From assembly GCA_035285865.1 (NCBI GenBank), contig JAYKHS010000027.1, positions 1 through 64,000 of the forward strand: a DNA stretch of 64,000 nucleotides. The letters are read 5' to 3'. Below are positions 8,906 through 22,361 of the stretch, piece by piece. Position 1 is the first letter of the stretch. Every line of letters begins with the position of its first letter. This DNA comes from Candidatus Sericytochromatia bacterium. GTDB taxonomy: Bacteria; Cyanobacteriota; Sericytochromatia; S15B-MN24; VGJW01. The position numbers and the translations under genes are program-made. A model generated the notes under the pieces. It did not search any database. It was not told the origin of the DNA and was given only the letters and a program-made list of their open reading frames with translations.

Positions 8906-9814
8906 ATGAGGGTCGTGGCACGTCAGGCAACCATTCAGATCATAACGGGCCTTTCCGGGGCGGGCAAGACGCAGGCGCTGCGCTGCTTCGAGGACCTCGG
9001 CTTCTTCTGCGTGGACAACCTGATCCCGCCCTTGCTCGAGGCCTTCGTGGAATTGACGCAGGAGCGCTATCCGCAGATCGCCGTCGTCATCGATACACGC
9101 GGCGGTGGCTTCTTCGACGAACTCAAGAGCACCATCGAGTCCCTCCGCAGCCGGGGCCAGCCGGTACGGCTCCTCTTCCTCGAGGCCGCGGACGAGGTGC
9201 TCTACCGCCGCTTCAGCGAGACCCGCCGCAGACACCCGATGTGGGGGGAGGGCTCGCTGGTCGAGGCCATCGCGTCGGAGCGCGCGCGTCTGACGGGCAT
9301 CCGCACGATGGGTAACGTCGATGTTCTCGACACGTCGCACCTGTCGTCGCGAGCGCTCAAGGAGCGCATCCTTTCAGCCCATGTGCTGCCGGATCAGGTC
9401 CACGCCGCGATGCAGCTCACCGTCGTCAGCTTCGGCTTCAAGCATGGCGTGCCGCTTGATGCCGACCTCGTCATGGACGTGCGGTTCCTGCCCAACCCGC
9501 ACTATGACCCGGTCTTGCGGCCCTTCACGGGTCTCGATGCCCCGGTGCGCGACTTCGTCCTGGGCCATCCCGTCACACGCGAGTTCCTGGCCCGCTTCCT
9601 GGAGATGGCCGAATTCCTGATCCCGCATTACCGGGCCGAAGGCAAGAGCCAGTTGACGTTGGCCATCGGCTGCACGGGAGGCCGGCACCGCAGCGTCGCC
9701 ATGGTGCAGCGTCTGTCGTCCATCTTGCGCGAGAGCCACCCCCACGTCGTGGAGACCCACCGGGACATCCAGCATCCCGTCGCAGAAGCTGCCTCCGGGG
9801 GCAGGGCCTCCTGA
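8906..9814 (+). CDS. rapZ: RNase adapter RapZ/YvcJ (P-loop NTPase)
   Basis: ITGLSGAGKT, FCVDNL, SFGFKHG, DVRFLPNP and IGCTGGRHRS motifs. Confidence 0.95.
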   Translation: MRVVARQATIQIITGLSGAGKTQALRCFEDLGFFCVDNLIPPLLEAFVELTQERYPQIAVVIDTRGGGFFDELKSTIESLRSRGQPVRLLFLEAADEVLYRRFSETRRRHPMWGEGSLVEAIASERARLTGIRTMGNVDVLDTSHLSSRALKERILSAHVLPDQVHAAMQLTVVSFGFKHGVPLDADLVMDVRFLPNPHYDPVLRPFTGLDAPVRDFVLGHPVTREFLARFLEMAEFLIPHYRAEGKSQLTLAIGCTGGRHRSVAMVQRLSSILRESHPHVVETHRDIQHPVAEAASGGRAS

Positions 9815-11121
9815 TGGGCGCCCTGGGCAAGTGGCTGGCCCCGGGCATGGGCCTCAAGCGCTGGCTCCTCATGGCCGCTGCCGGATTCGTCATCCAGGGC
9901 GGTGGCTTCATCCTGCTGACCATCGCCGCCTATCGACAACTGCGGTACGGCCAGGAACTCACGCCATGGATGGTCACGTGCGGCAGCCTCGGGTTGCTTA
10001 TGGGCCTCGGCATGGGCCTGTGGGGCGGCCGACGGGTCGTCCGGGCCGTGGCTGCAGCCGTGCGGGCGACCCCGGCTGCGCCGACCATCGTGGAGTCGTT
10101 GTACCGCAACCGCCCGCGCCGAGGTCCGCGCCTCGTCGCCATCGGGGGGGGGACCGGACTGGCCTCGCTGCTGCGCGGCCTCAAGGTCCATTCGGACCAC
10201 ATCACGGCCGTGGTCGCCATGACCGACGATGGCGGTTCCTCCGGCCGGCTACGCACGGAGATGGGTGTTCTCCCCCCGGGAGACGTCCGGAACTGCCTTC
10301 TGGCCCTCGCCGGCGAAGAGAAGCTCATGGCGGACCTCTTTGCCTATCGCTTCGAGACCGGTGGCCTCGAGGGGCACAGCTTCGGGAACCTGTTCCTCAC
10401 GGCGCTCTCGGAGCTGACCGGTGACCTCGAGCAGGCCATCCAGGCGGCCAGCCGCGTCCTTGCGGTGCGCGGACAGGTCTTGCCAGCGACGCTGGATGCG
10501 CTCACGCTTGCGGCGCGCCTCGAGGACGACAGCGAAGTGCGGGGGGAGAGCGCGATCTCGGCCTCGCATGCCCCGATCCGTCAGGTCTGGTGCGAGCCCC
10601 ACGATCCGGCGGCCTTGCCGGAAGCTCTACGCGCCATCCGCGAAGCCGATGCCATCATCCTGGGTCCCGGAAGCCTCTACACCTCGATCGTCCCGAACCT
10701 GCTGATTCCCGAGATCCTGTCCGAAATCAAGCGGTCCACGGCACCTCGAATCTACATCTGCAACGTCATGACCCAGCCCGGAGAAACCGATGGCTACAGT
10801 GTCGCCGACCATGTCGCGGCTTTGCAGCGCGTTGGAGGCCTAGACCTCTTCGACTGGGTGCTGGTCAACGACGAACTGCCCCAGGTGCTGCTGGATGCCT
10901 ACCTGGCCAAGGGACAGAAGCCCGTCCGCTTAGATCCCGGCGCTCTGGACGCTCTGGGCGTGAAGCCCATCGTCGGCGCACTCATCGACGAGCACTCCGT
11001 CGTCCGCCACCGGCCCGACGCCCTCGGCAAGGCCGTGATGGACTGGGTCACGGCGATTCGCCGCGAGCCTACGGGCAAGTTGTTGCCCTTTCCCCCCGGA
11101 CCAGACCGCACCCGCAGCTGA
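9814..11121 (+). CDS. yvcK: YvcK/GlmR gluconeogenesis factor with N-terminal TM segments
   Basis: IGGGTGL, DDGGSSGRLR, PPGDVRNC, GHSFGNL and GPGSLYTSI motifs; directly follows rapZ. Confidence 0.93.
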   Translation: MGALGKWLAPGMGLKRWLLMAAAGFVIQGGGFILLTIAAYRQLRYGQELTPWMVTCGSLGLLMGLGMGLWGGRRVVRAVAAAVRATPAAPTIVESLYRNRPRRGPRLVAIGGGTGLASLLRGLKVHSDHITAVVAMTDDGGSSGRLRTEMGVLPPGDVRNCLLALAGEEKLMADLFAYRFETGGLEGHSFGNLFLTALSELTGDLEQAIQAASRVLAVRGQVLPATLDALTLAARLEDDSEVRGESAISASHAPIRQVWCEPHDPAALPEALRAIREADAIILGPGSLYTSIVPNLLIPEILSEIKRSTAPRIYICNVMTQPGETDGYSVADHVAALQRVGGLDLFDWVLVNDELPQVLLDAYLAKGQKPVRLDPGALDALGVKPIVGALIDEHSVVRHRPDALGKAVMDWVTAIRREPTGKLLPFPPGPDRTRS

Positions 11122-11163
11122 CGTGACCGCCGGGTTGACCGACCGCAGCCCTCGCGTCCTGCC

Positions 11164-11916
11164 TCAAGCCAACAGCAGCCCCAGGCGAACGACGGCCGCA
11201 ACCGCCGCCGTCTCGGCCCTGAGAATGCTACCCCCGAGGGAAACGGCGAAGGCCCCACGTCGGCGGAGTTCTTCCCGCTCCTCGGGGGTCCAGCCACCCT
11301 CGGGTCCCACGCAGAGCACCACGCCAACAGCCGAATTGACCCGTTCGGCCCAGGCCTGGAGACCCGCACCCTCGGGCGACGCGGTCTCGTCGGCCAGCAG
11401 CAGGCACCATCCATCGGGTACGGCCAACCGGTCCAGCGTGACGGGGTTCCGCAGCTCCATCAGGACGGCGCGCTCGCACTGCTCCGTCGCCTCGGCCACC
11501 AGGCGGGCCCAGCGCTGACGCTTGGCACCCTCCTGACCGGGACGAACCTGGCCGCGCGCCGTGATCAGCGGCTGCAGGACAGGCAGGCCCAACTCGACGA
11601 CCTTCTCGAGCAACCACTCCTGCCGATCACCCTTGATGACGGCGCAGGCCAACACGGCGGGCCTCTGCCACTCAGGGGCGCTATCGGCTGCCGCCACCAC
11701 CTCGACCACAACCTCCTTGTGGGTCGCGGAGCGAATCACCGACTGCCACGCGGAACCAGCTCCATCGACCAGCACCAGGCCTTCCTCAGGGCCCATCCTC
11801 AAGACCCGGCCGATCTGGTGTGCGCGTTCGGCACCCAGCACCACCCGCGCACCCGGACCGTCGATGGGCTGGACCTCGAGAAATCGCGGCAGCGGCCGGC
11901 GGGCGCCCCGGCTCAA
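11164..11916 (-). CDS. rsmE: 16S rRNA m3U1498 methyltransferase
   Basis: RVLRM, EATEQCER, VGPEGGW and SLGGSILRAETA motifs. Confidence 0.93.
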   Translation of the reverse strand: MSRGARRPLPRFLEVQPIDGPGARVVLGAERAHQIGRVLRMGPEEGLVLVDGAGSAWQSVIRSATHKEVVVEVVAAADSAPEWQRPAVLACAVIKGDRQEWLLEKVVELGLPVLQPLITARGQVRPGQEGAKRQRWARLVAEATEQCERAVLMELRNPVTLDRLAVPDGWCLLLADETASPEGAGLQAWAERVNSAVGVVLCVGPEGGWTPEEREELRRRGAFAVSLGGSILRAETAAVAAVVRLGLLLA

Positions 11917-13262
11917 CGTCCGAGCACCGCCGGGTTGAGCATGCCCGTGCCCGGCTTGGGGGCACTCTTGAGACGCGTCACCGTCACGCCGCCCGCACGC
12001 AGCAGATCCACTTCACCGTGGCCCTCGACCAGCACGACGGGTGCCAGCAGGTTCTTGCGGTTGACCCGCGTGACGCGACCATGCATCCCGTTGGAAAGCA
12101 CCACTTCGGCATTCACGGGGTACGGGACGATGTATTTCAGGAAGGCTTTGACAATGCGGGCATCGAAGTGGGAGCCGGTGCCGTTGACGATGGTCTGGTA
12201 GACCAGGTCGGGCGGCAGGCCCTTCTTGTAGCAACGATCCGAAATCAAGGCATCGTAAAAGTCGACGATCGAGACGACTTGGCTCATCTCGGCGATCTGG
12301 TCGCCCTTGAGCCCCATGGGGTAGCCCTTGCCGTTGATCTTCTCGTGATGCTGGAACGCGCAGTTCTTGATGTCGTTGTTGGCCCACTGGTAGCTGCCGA
12401 GAATCATGATGCCGTTGGCCGGGTGCGTCGCCATGATGCGGAACTCTTCTTCCGTCAACTTGCTGGGCTTGTTCAGGATTTCTTCGGGCACCAGCGTCTT
12501 GCCGATATCGTGCAGCAGGGCCCCGATACCCAGCATCCGGAGCTTCTCGAGCGGATACTTCATCGCAGTGCCCACGACGAGCGCCAGGCTCATGACGTTG
12601 GCCGAGTGCGTGTAGGTGTATTCGTCGTAAATCCGCAGGTCCACCAGGTTCTGGATGAGTTCGGGTTCCTCGACGATGCGGCGGATGGTTGTCTGGACGG
12701 CCTGATCCACGCTGCCGATGTCGATGCGCGAGGCGTGTCTGACCTGCTGGGTGATGGTCTTGACGACCGAAAGGTTACGCTGGAGCACCTCCTCGCGGAT
12801 GCGCTGGGGCAGGCGCAGGGGCGTCGGCAACTTCATCCATGAGGGCATCGCCGGCTGCCCCTCGCCACGACCACGCACCTGAGCGACAGGGGGAGCCCCG
12901 ATCGCCCGCGGGGCCACGGGTGGACGGCCAGCCGTGCGGGGCAGTCCCGCCGGGCGCGCGGAGGGGGGTGCGGGCACCACGGGCGTCGGGGGTACCGGAC
13001 CTCTGCCCACCATGGGCGGCAAGGCATCGGGCCTGCGCGGCGATGTGGCCGATGCCTCGGGAGCAGGCTTCCGAACCGTGGGGGCCCCGGCGAGGTCCAT
13101 GACCCGGATGCCCTCGATGTCCATCTTGCGCAGCAGGGCAAGGTGGCGCTCCGTCAACGTCGTGCCGATGTTCCAGACCATCTGCAGCGTGGCAGGATGG
13201 AAGACAGGCTCAGCCAACACCATGCCGGGCTGCAGATCGTGGACGGGCGTGCGGTTGTCCAT
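11913..13262 (-). CDS. HD-GYP domain cyclic di-nucleotide phosphodiesterase with a Pro-rich linker
   Basis: DEYTYTHSANV, LLHDIGK and QHHEKINGKGYPMGLKG motifs. Confidence 0.92.
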   Translation of the reverse strand: MDNRTPVHDLQPGMVLAEPVFHPATLQMVWNIGTTLTERHLALLRKMDIEGIRVMDLAGAPTVRKPAPEASATSPRRPDALPPMVGRGPVPPTPVVPAPPSARPAGLPRTAGRPPVAPRAIGAPPVAQVRGRGEGQPAMPSWMKLPTPLRLPQRIREEVLQRNLSVVKTITQQVRHASRIDIGSVDQAVQTTIRRIVEEPELIQNLVDLRIYDEYTYTHSANVMSLALVVGTAMKYPLEKLRMLGIGALLHDIGKTLVPEEILNKPSKLTEEEFRIMATHPANGIMILGSYQWANNDIKNCAFQHHEKINGKGYPMGLKGDQIAEMSQVVSIVDFYDALISDRCYKKGLPPDLVYQTIVNGTGSHFDARIVKAFLKYIVPYPVNAEVVLSNGMHGRVTRVNRKNLLAPVVLVEGHGEVDLLRAGGVTVTRLKSAPKPGTGMLNPAVLGR

Positions 13263-13270
13263 GTCGCCCC

Positions 13271-14842
13271 TCAGCGCACCAGGGGTTCGCGCTCAGCCGG
13301 ATCGGTCCACCGCATGAAACCGGCAAGGCCGGGATCCGCCCCCGCCACGGCCACGCCCAGCGCATGAGAAACCGCACGATAGGCGTCGTGGCCCTTCAAG
13401 CCCGTCCGCAACTGGACCACATACTGGGCCTGGGCCCAGTCCATCCGGAACAGCGTCCGGGTGCGCTGGGCGAAGGGCAGGGCGTAAACACCCATGCCGG
13501 GCGCGCGGCGCTCGATGGCGCGCGCCTCCTCGGCTGCCCGACCGGCAGCCTTGCGGATCCGGCCGATGTTCTCGGGGTCGGCGACGTGCACCGGCACGCA
13601 GGCTCCGGCGTCGAGGTCCGGGGGTGGCACCAGATGCTCCCCGCGTCGATGGCGATGCATGTCGCGGAAACTGCCCCAATCCAGCGTCAGTTCGGCAACG
13701 TAGCGCTGCCCCACGCGCAGTTCGCGGGGCCAATCGTCATGGTTGCCACGATCGGCCAGGAGCTCGGCGAGCAGTTCCTTGCGGCGGCCAGCCCCGAGTC
13801 CTCTGGCCCAGGCAAGGACCTGGCGGTAGGAGCGACCGGGCACGGCCGCGTAGACGAGAGAGGCAAGGGCCTCTTCGTCGGCCTCGTGAGGCGGCAGCAA
13901 GTCAACCTCACCGGCAGCGCCCGCCGCCACGGCGAGACCGTTCTCACGCCAAGCCGCCGCATCGCCGGCATGTCCCTGCGGGACGGCAGGAGCCGCGCAC
14001 GCGTCGAGCGCCCGATCAAGGGTGGTGCATTCGGCCTGTCCCAACGTCGCGGCGCGCGCACGCACACCGGCAGCCCAGGCGTGCGGGTGTGCATGACGGG
14101 CCAACGTAGGCGCCAGGGGCTGCGTGCCGGCAGCCTCGCCCGTCAATCGCGCCCAGGTGTCGTCCGGGGCCTCCCGGCATGCCTTGGCCAAGGCCTCGGC
14201 CAGCTGTCGGCACTCAAGCAGGGTGCTGGCCGCGAGTCGACCGATCAGGCGCTCGAGGGTGCGGACGCTCAAGACCAGCCCCACCCCAGTCGAGGCGGCC
14301 ACAGGCAGCAGGTAGCGGGCGACATCGAAAGCCCGGGCCGCGAGGTTGCGCCCGTAAACATCGGGGGCCATGCCCTCCGGGCGGGGATGCTGGCGCTCAA
14401 GCGCGACACGCTCGGCCTCGAAGACCTCAAGGTAGGCGGCACGCAGACGCTCCCCGGCCGCGCGGACGGCTTCGCGAACCTCGGGGTCCTCAGCCGGGCA
14501 GACCAGCGGAACCCGGCTGAAGTCCTGATAGCGGGTCGATCGGGCCTGCGCGTCAATCAGGCCGTCATGCAGCACTTCGGCGGCCGCAAGGTCCGAAAGG
14601 CCTTCGAGGCAGATGGCCAGATGCCCTAGGTCCGCGATGGAGGCGTGGCCGTAATCGAAGTAGAACTTCTCCCAGAACCGCTCGGCCGAGTGCGCATGCA
14701 CCCACGTCAACGAGGCCTCGATGGGATCGGCCGACCTGCTGTATCGCGCCAAAGCATAGGCCTGCCGCTCCGGCGGAAGCGGTGGCAGAACGACGACGCG
14801 CCCCCCCTGGATCAGGGCAGGCGCGTCGACGGGACCCGACAT
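13271..14842 (-). CDS. thyX: FAD-dependent thymidylate synthase (double-length ThyX type)
   Basis: LARYSRS, FYFDYGHASIADL, STRYQDF, FDVARYLLP and C-terminal FRDMHRHR motifs. Confidence 0.8.
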   Translation of the reverse strand: MSGPVDAPALIQGGRVVVLPPLPPERQAYALARYSRSADPIEASLTWVHAHSAERFWEKFYFDYGHASIADLGHLAICLEGLSDLAAAEVLHDGLIDAQARSTRYQDFSRVPLVCPAEDPEVREAVRAAGERLRAAYLEVFEAERVALERQHPRPEGMAPDVYGRNLAARAFDVARYLLPVAASTGVGLVLSVRTLERLIGRLAASTLLECRQLAEALAKACREAPDDTWARLTGEAAGTQPLAPTLARHAHPHAWAAGVRARAATLGQAECTTLDRALDACAAPAVPQGHAGDAAAWRENGLAVAAGAAGEVDLLPPHEADEEALASLVYAAVPGRSYRQVLAWARGLGAGRRKELLAELLADRGNHDDWPRELRVGQRYVAELTLDWGSFRDMHRHRRGEHLVPPPDLDAGACVPVHVADPENIGRIRKAAGRAAEEARAIERRAPGMGVYALPFAQRTRTLFRMDWAQAQYVVQLRTGLKGHDAYRAVSHALGVAVAGADPGLAGFMRWTDPAEREPLVR

Positions 14843-14860
14843 GGTCGCCGAGTTCCCGGA

Positions 14861-15091
14861 CTACTTCTTGGCGGCGACGGCCGTGGCGCCGGGCTTGAGG
14901 TTGTACTTCTTCATGAACCGCTCGACCCGACCCTCGGTGTCGACGATCTTCTGGGTGCCGGTGAAGAAGGGATGGCAAGCGGCGCAGATTTCCACGCGGA
15001 TATGGCTGCGGGTGGACCCCGTCTCGAAGACATTGCCACACACGCAGGTCGCGTTGACGGTGTGGTACTCGGGGTGGATGTCAGGCTTCAT
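14861..15091 (-). CDS. rpmE: 50S ribosomal protein L31 (Zn-binding type)
   Basis: [23 protein letters not shown] and GRVERF motifs. Confidence 0.97.
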   Translation of the reverse strand: MKPDIHPEYHTVNATCVCGNVFETGSTRSHIRVEICAACHPFFTGTQKIVDTEGRVERFMKKYNLKPGATAVAAKK

Positions 15092-15186
15092 GTAGACGCT
15101 CCAGCAAAAGGCACAGGAAGCCTCATCATAGCCGGAGGAACGGGCAGCGGTCAACGGACCCCGGGGGCGATGGTAGGATGGGGGTC

Positions 15187-17826
<2,640 letters not shown>

Positions 17827-17838
17827 GCCATCGACACC

Positions 17839-18976
17839 ATGGGCTTTCCCGAATTCCGCAACGATCTCGTCTCCCTCCAGCAACGCATCGGCGAAGCCAG
17901 GAGGCATCTTTGACCCGGACCAACTGAGCAAGCGCGTCGCGCAACTCGAGGCCCAGGCATCGGACCCCGACTTCTGGAACGACTCCCGCACGGCCCAAGC
18001 CACGATGCAGGAACTGACGAACATGCGTCAGCAACTGGACCGGCTGCTGGGCTGGGAGCGCCTTGCGGATGACACGCACGTCCTGATCGAGATGGGCCAA
18101 GAAGCCGGAGATGACACGGTCCTGCCCGAGATCGAGGCCGGCGTAGCCAAACTGCGCGAAGGCCTCGACGCCTGGGAGGTCGAGCAACTGCTGGGTGGGG
18201 ACTACGACAACCAGCCGGCCATCCTCGAGATCAGCGCAGGAGCCGGCGGCACCGACGCCCAGGACTGGGCCGAGATGCTTTTGCGCATGTACACCCGCTG
18301 GGCCGAGCGCAGCGGCTACAAGGTCGAACTGCTCGACATGTCGCCGGGCGACGAAGCAGGCATCAAATCGGCCACGCTGACGGTGTCGGGCGCAGCCTAC
18401 CCCTACGGCCGCCTGGCCGCGGAGAAGGGCGTCCACCGACTCGTCCGCATTTCGCCGTTCAATGCCCAGGCCAAGCGCCAGACGGCCTTCGCCCGGGTGG
18501 CGGTCACGCCCGAGATCCCCGAAAGCGAGCCCGTCGACATCAACCCCGTCGAGCTGCGCATCGACACCTACCGGTCCGGTGGCGCGGGCGGTCAGAACGT
18601 CAACAAGGTCGAGACGGCCGTCCGCATCACGCACCTGCCGACGGGGATCGTCGTGGCATGCCAGAACGAGCGTTCCCAGCACCAGAACCGCGAGACAGCG
18701 ATGCGCATCGTCAAGGCCAAGCTGCTCGAACGGCAGCGCGAGGAACACGAACAGAAGGTTGCGGGCCTCAAGGGCGCCCATACCGATGCGGCATGGGGCA
18801 ACCAGATCCGCAGCTACGTGCTTCACCCCTACTCGATGGTCAAGGATCACCGGACGGGCTGCGAGACCGGCAACCCGGGACAGGTCCTGGACGGAGAGAT
18901 CAACGACTTCATTGAGGCCTACCTGCGTGCCAAGGCCTCAGGCGACTGGCAGGACGCCGTCGCGCTTGAGGAGTAG
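17839..18976 (+). CDS. prfB: Peptide chain release factor 2 with a programmed +1 frameshift at 17908-17914
   Basis: ATG 17839 reads through AGGAGG-CAT-CTT-TGA-C; the +1 frame continues DPDQL..DFWND and contains SPF and GGQ. Confidence 0.96.
17899..17914 (+). promoter_or_regulatory. prfB programmed frameshift cassette
   Basis: Internal Shine-Dalgarno AGGAGG followed by the slippery CTT-TGA-C. Confidence 0.93.
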
Positions 18977-18986
18977 GGTCGCCACC

Positions 18987-20006
18987 GTGTTCACGCCACA
19001 GAGCCTCGCCACCGTTCTGGACCGCATCGCGGGCACGCGGGTCATGGTCCTCGGAGATCCCATCGCCGACGAGTTCCTGGAAGGCCGCATCGATCGCATC
19101 AGCCGCGAGGCGCCGGTCCTGATCCTGCGCCACGCGCGGACGCGGCTCGTGCCGGGAGGCGCCGCCAACGCCGCGGCCAATATCGCGGCCTTGGCCGGCA
19201 AGGCCGAGATGGTCGGCGTGGTTGGTCAGGACGGCACGGGCGAGGGCCTTCGTGCCGAGTTGGACCGACTTGGCGTCGGAACCTCGGGCCTCGTGGTCGC
19301 GGACGACCGCCCCACCGTCACCAAGACGCGCATCTCGGCGACCTCCAACCAGTCCGTAACCCAGCAGATCGTGCGGGTCGACCGCCAGTCCGACGCTCCG
19401 CTGCCCGCCTCGATCTCAGGCGGCTTGCTGGAAGCCTACGCCCGCCTGCTGCCCGGTGTCGATGCCGTGCTGCTCTCCGAATACGGCAACGGCGTCCTCG
19501 CCCCCGAGATTCGCGAGCAGGCCCTCGCCTTGGCCAAGGCCGCCGGCAAGCCTGTCGTGGTGGATGCGCAAGGCGAACTGGCCCCCTACAAGGGTGTTGC
19601 GGCACTGACGCCTAACCAGCCCGAAGCCGAGGCCGTGGTCGGATTCGCCATCAAGGACGACGCCAGCCTGCAACGCGCCGGAGACCGCCTGCTGGCCGAG
19701 ACGGACGCAGAGGCCGTCCTCATTACCCGCGGCGCGCTGGGCATCGCACTGTTCGAGCGCGGGCACCCCAGGGTCGACATCCCGGCCTTCAACCGCTCCG
19801 AGGTTTTCGACGTGACGGGGGCCGGCGACACGGTGGTCGGCACGCTGACGCTCGCACGGGCCTCGGGCGCGACCTGGCGCGAAGCCACCATCCTCGCCAA
19901 CCTTGCCGCCTCCCAGGTGGTCCGTCGCTTCGGCACGGCCACCACGTCCCCCGGGGAGCTGCTCGCTGCGCTGGGCTGGGCCGAAGGTCTGGAGGACCTC
20001 GCGTGA
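18987..20006 (+). CDS. rfaE1: D-glycero-beta-D-manno-heptose-7-phosphate kinase (RfaE domain I, PfkB family)
   Basis: [23 protein letters not shown] and [11 protein letters not shown] motifs. Confidence 0.88.
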   Translation: MFTPQSLATVLDRIAGTRVMVLGDPIADEFLEGRIDRISREAPVLILRHARTRLVPGGAANAAANIAALAGKAEMVGVVGQDGTGEGLRAELDRLGVGTSGLVVADDRPTVTKTRISATSNQSVTQQIVRVDRQSDAPLPASISGGLLEAYARLLPGVDAVLLSEYGNGVLAPEIREQALALAKAAGKPVVVDAQGELAPYKGVAALTPNQPEAEAVVGFAIKDDASLQRAGDRLLAETDAEAVLITRGALGIALFERGHPRVDIPAFNRSEVFDVTGAGDTVVGTLTLARASGATWREATILANLAASQVVRRFGTATTSPGELLAALGWAEGLEDLA

Positions 20007-20512
20007 TCGCCACCGACCTGGATGCGGCCAGGCGCCAGGTGGCGGTTTGGCGCGCGGCCGGTGACACCATCGTCTTCACCAACGGCTGCTTCGACATCCT
20101 GCACGCGGGCCACGTCCGCTACCTGAACGCGGCGCGCGCCCTCGGCAATCGCCTTGTCGTGGGCCTCAACAGCGACGAGAGCGTCCGGGGCCTCAAGGGC
20201 CCCGAGCGCCCAATCAACCCGGAAACCGACAGGGCCGAGGTCCTCGATGGCCTGCGCGCCGTCGATCTGGTCGTGACCTTCGCGACGGCGACGGCCACAC
20301 CTGTCATAGAGGCCCTGTGCCCGCACGTCTACGCCAAGGGCGGCGACTACCGTCCCGAAACCTTGCCCGAGACCCCTGCGGTCCATGCCGGTGGCGGGCG
20401 CATCGCGCTGCTGCCGTTCCTCGAGGGCCGCTCGACCACGGGCCTGGTCCAACGCCTCGCCGCCTCGCCTGCCGTCTCCCGAACGACAGACGTCCCATCG
20501 CCCACGGAGTAG
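20003..20512 (+). CDS. rfaE2: D-glycero-beta-D-manno-heptose 1-phosphate adenylyltransferase (RfaE domain II)
   Basis: [27 protein letters not shown] and RSTT motifs. Confidence 0.93.
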   Translation: MIATDLDAARRQVAVWRAAGDTIVFTNGCFDILHAGHVRYLNAARALGNRLVVGLNSDESVRGLKGPERPINPETDRAEVLDGLRAVDLVVTFATATATPVIEALCPHVYAKGGDYRPETLPETPAVHAGGGRIALLPFLEGRSTTGLVQRLAASPAVSRTTDVPSPTE

Positions 20513-20517
20513 TTGCC

Positions 20518-21036
20518 ATGTCCGAGAACGCACCCCGCACCCGCCTGAATCCGCTCGACCTTACGGTCCTCGCCGTTCTGTTCGTCGCCCTGGGCGCCTT
20601 CGGGGCGGCCAAGGCCGGCAAGACCGGCATCGCCGCGAAGGTCCGCGGCGAGACCATCGTCGAGATCGACTGCTTCATCCGCGGCTCCGTGGCGCATCCC
20701 GAGCGTCTGCTCAAGCCCGGCGACAAGACCTTCATCACGCTGCGCAACGTGCCCTACAGCGCCGTCATGGTCTCGGCGGTGCAGGCCCGCCCCAAGGGCA
20801 CGTCCGTCCCCTCGGCGGACGGACGCCGCGTCGTGTCGCTGCCCGATCCTTCCGAGCCCTTCGGCAAGGACATCGTGGTCACCATCCGCGAGAAGGCCAT
20901 GCTGACGGATGACGGCGTCGTCTTCGGGGACAGCAAGGTCAAGGTCGGGACGCCCATCGAGATCGAGGGATTCGCCTATCGCCTGCGCGGCTCGATCGTA
21001 GATGTCCGCACCACGGGGGCCGCGGCGCAGCCGTGA
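20518..21036 (+). CDS. DUF4330-like membrane-anchored protein
   Basis: N-terminal NPLD plus a TM helix; ITLRNVPY and KVKVGTPIEIEG resemble cyanobacterial DUF4330 proteins. Confidence 0.7.
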   Translation: MSENAPRTRLNPLDLTVLAVLFVALGAFGAAKAGKTGIAAKVRGETIVEIDCFIRGSVAHPERLLKPGDKTFITLRNVPYSAVMVSAVQARPKGTSVPSADGRRVVSLPDPSEPFGKDIVVTIREKAMLTDDGVVFGDSKVKVGTPIEIEGFAYRLRGSIVDVRTTGAAAQP

Positions 21037-22361
21037 CGGACGCTCCGGCCATGGGCGTGCTTGCCGGCCTCGCCGAGCGGGTGCGCGACCGGCACGAACA
21101 ACTCGTCGGACCCTGGGTCCCGACTTCGTGGATTGCCCGGCATGCCCCCGAGGTCACGCTTGGCGGCGCCAGCCTGCTGTTGCTGGCGTCCCCGTGGGTC
21201 AGCACCGGCACGAACGCAGCCCTCGTGCTGCTTCTGGCCCTGCTGGGCGGCTGCTGGGTGCTGGCAAGGCCCGGTGAAGTCTTCCCGCGCTCGGCGCTTG
21301 CGTGGCCTGTCGGCCTCTTCTTCGCCGCGTTGCTCGTCGCGACGCTGGGCTCCCCCTTCCTCGCGGCGTCCGTGAAGGGCCTCGCCAAGTTCGCCATCTA
21401 CGGCCTCGCCTACATGGTCTTCCGCCGCGTCATGGCCCATGACCCCGGTGCCCGAGGGTTACTGGCCGTGGCGATGGTCGTGGCTGCTCTTGCCGAGGCG
21501 GCTTTCGGGCTCTACCAGTTCAAGATCAAGGTAGCCCCTTTGGCGACCTGGGAGGATGCCGAGTCCGAGTTGCACCTGACGCGGGTATACGGCAGCCTAC
21601 GGAACCCCAACTTGATGGGGGCCTACCTCGCCGTGACGTGGCCTGCCGCCTTCGCCCTTGCTCTCGCTGCCCGCGGCCTGCCTCGCGTGATTGGCTGGAC
21701 GACACTCCTCGCCATCCCGGCCTGCCTGTACGTGACCTACTCGCGCGGGGCCTACCTCGCACTCGCAAGCGAAGCCACCATCCTGGGAGGCGCGTGGCTG
21801 CTGGCCAACAGACGCCCGGGCGGTCTGCCCCGCGCCGTCTGGATCGGTCTCGCACTCGTCGGAACTGCTCTGGCCGGTTGGTTGCTGTGGACCTACGTGC
21901 CCACACTGCAGGCGCGCGTTGCGAGCATGGTCAACGTCACGGGCGACTCGTCCAACGTGTTCCGCACCAATGTCTGGCGCGCCACGATCGCGCTCATCCG
22001 CGACAACTGGTGGCTGGGGGTCGGCATCGGCAACGATGCCTTCCGGCACGCCTATGCGCTGTACATGATCTCGGGTTTCGAGGCACTGGGAGCCTACAAC
22101 ATCTTCCTCGAATGGTGGGCAGAAGCCGGTGTCACCGGACTCTGCGCGTTCCTCGCGCTGCTCGTCGCCGTCGTTCGCCGACCGCGCCAGGTGCGTGCGG
22201 CGTGGCCCTGGGCGGCAGCCGTCACGGCAGCCGTCGTGGGCCTGTGCATCCATGGACTCGTTGACACCGTGTTCTTCCGGCCCTCCGTGCAGTTGGCCTT
22301 CTGGTGGTGGGTCGCCGTGGCTGCGGCCTGGCCCGAGCCCTTCGACGAGGTGCGCCCATGA
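21033..22361 (+). CDS. ictB: IctB-family / O-antigen ligase-like membrane protein
   Basis: APLATWED, TRVYGSLRNPNL, TYSRG, DSSNVFRTNVW, GIGNDAF and GLVDTVFFRP motifs. Confidence 0.8.
   Translation: MTDAPAMGVLAGLAERVRDRHEQLVGPWVPTSWIARHAPEVTLGGASLLLLASPWVSTGTNAALVLLLALLGGCWVLARPGEVFPRSALAWPVGLFFAALLVATLGSPFLAASVKGLAKFAIYGLAYMVFRRVMAHDPGARGLLAVAMVVAALAEAAFGLYQFKIKVAPLATWEDAESELHLTRVYGSLRNPNLMGAYLAVTWPAAFALALAARGLPRVIGWTTLLAIPACLYVTYSRGAYLALASEATILGGAWLLANRRPGGLPRAVWIGLALVGTALAGWLLWTYVPTLQARVASMVNVTGDSSNVFRTNVWRATIALIRDNWWLGVGIGNDAFRHAYALYMISGFEALGAYNIFLEWWAEAGVTGLCAFLALLVAVVRRPRQVRAAWPWAAAVTAAVVGLCIHGLVDTVFFRPSVQLAFWWWVAVAAAWPEPFDEVRP

Noticed and set aside
17839..18004. prfB as a truncated gene or pseudogene
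   Set aside because: Explained by the canonical programmed +1 frameshift
18462..18986. N-terminal extensions in the ORF track (rfaE1, larB, larC, rsgA, rlmN, pth, ispD, rpmE, gcvH)
   Set aside because: The extensions overlap upstream genes or lack homology; starts were moved to the positions supported by family N-termini and RBS or stop overlaps
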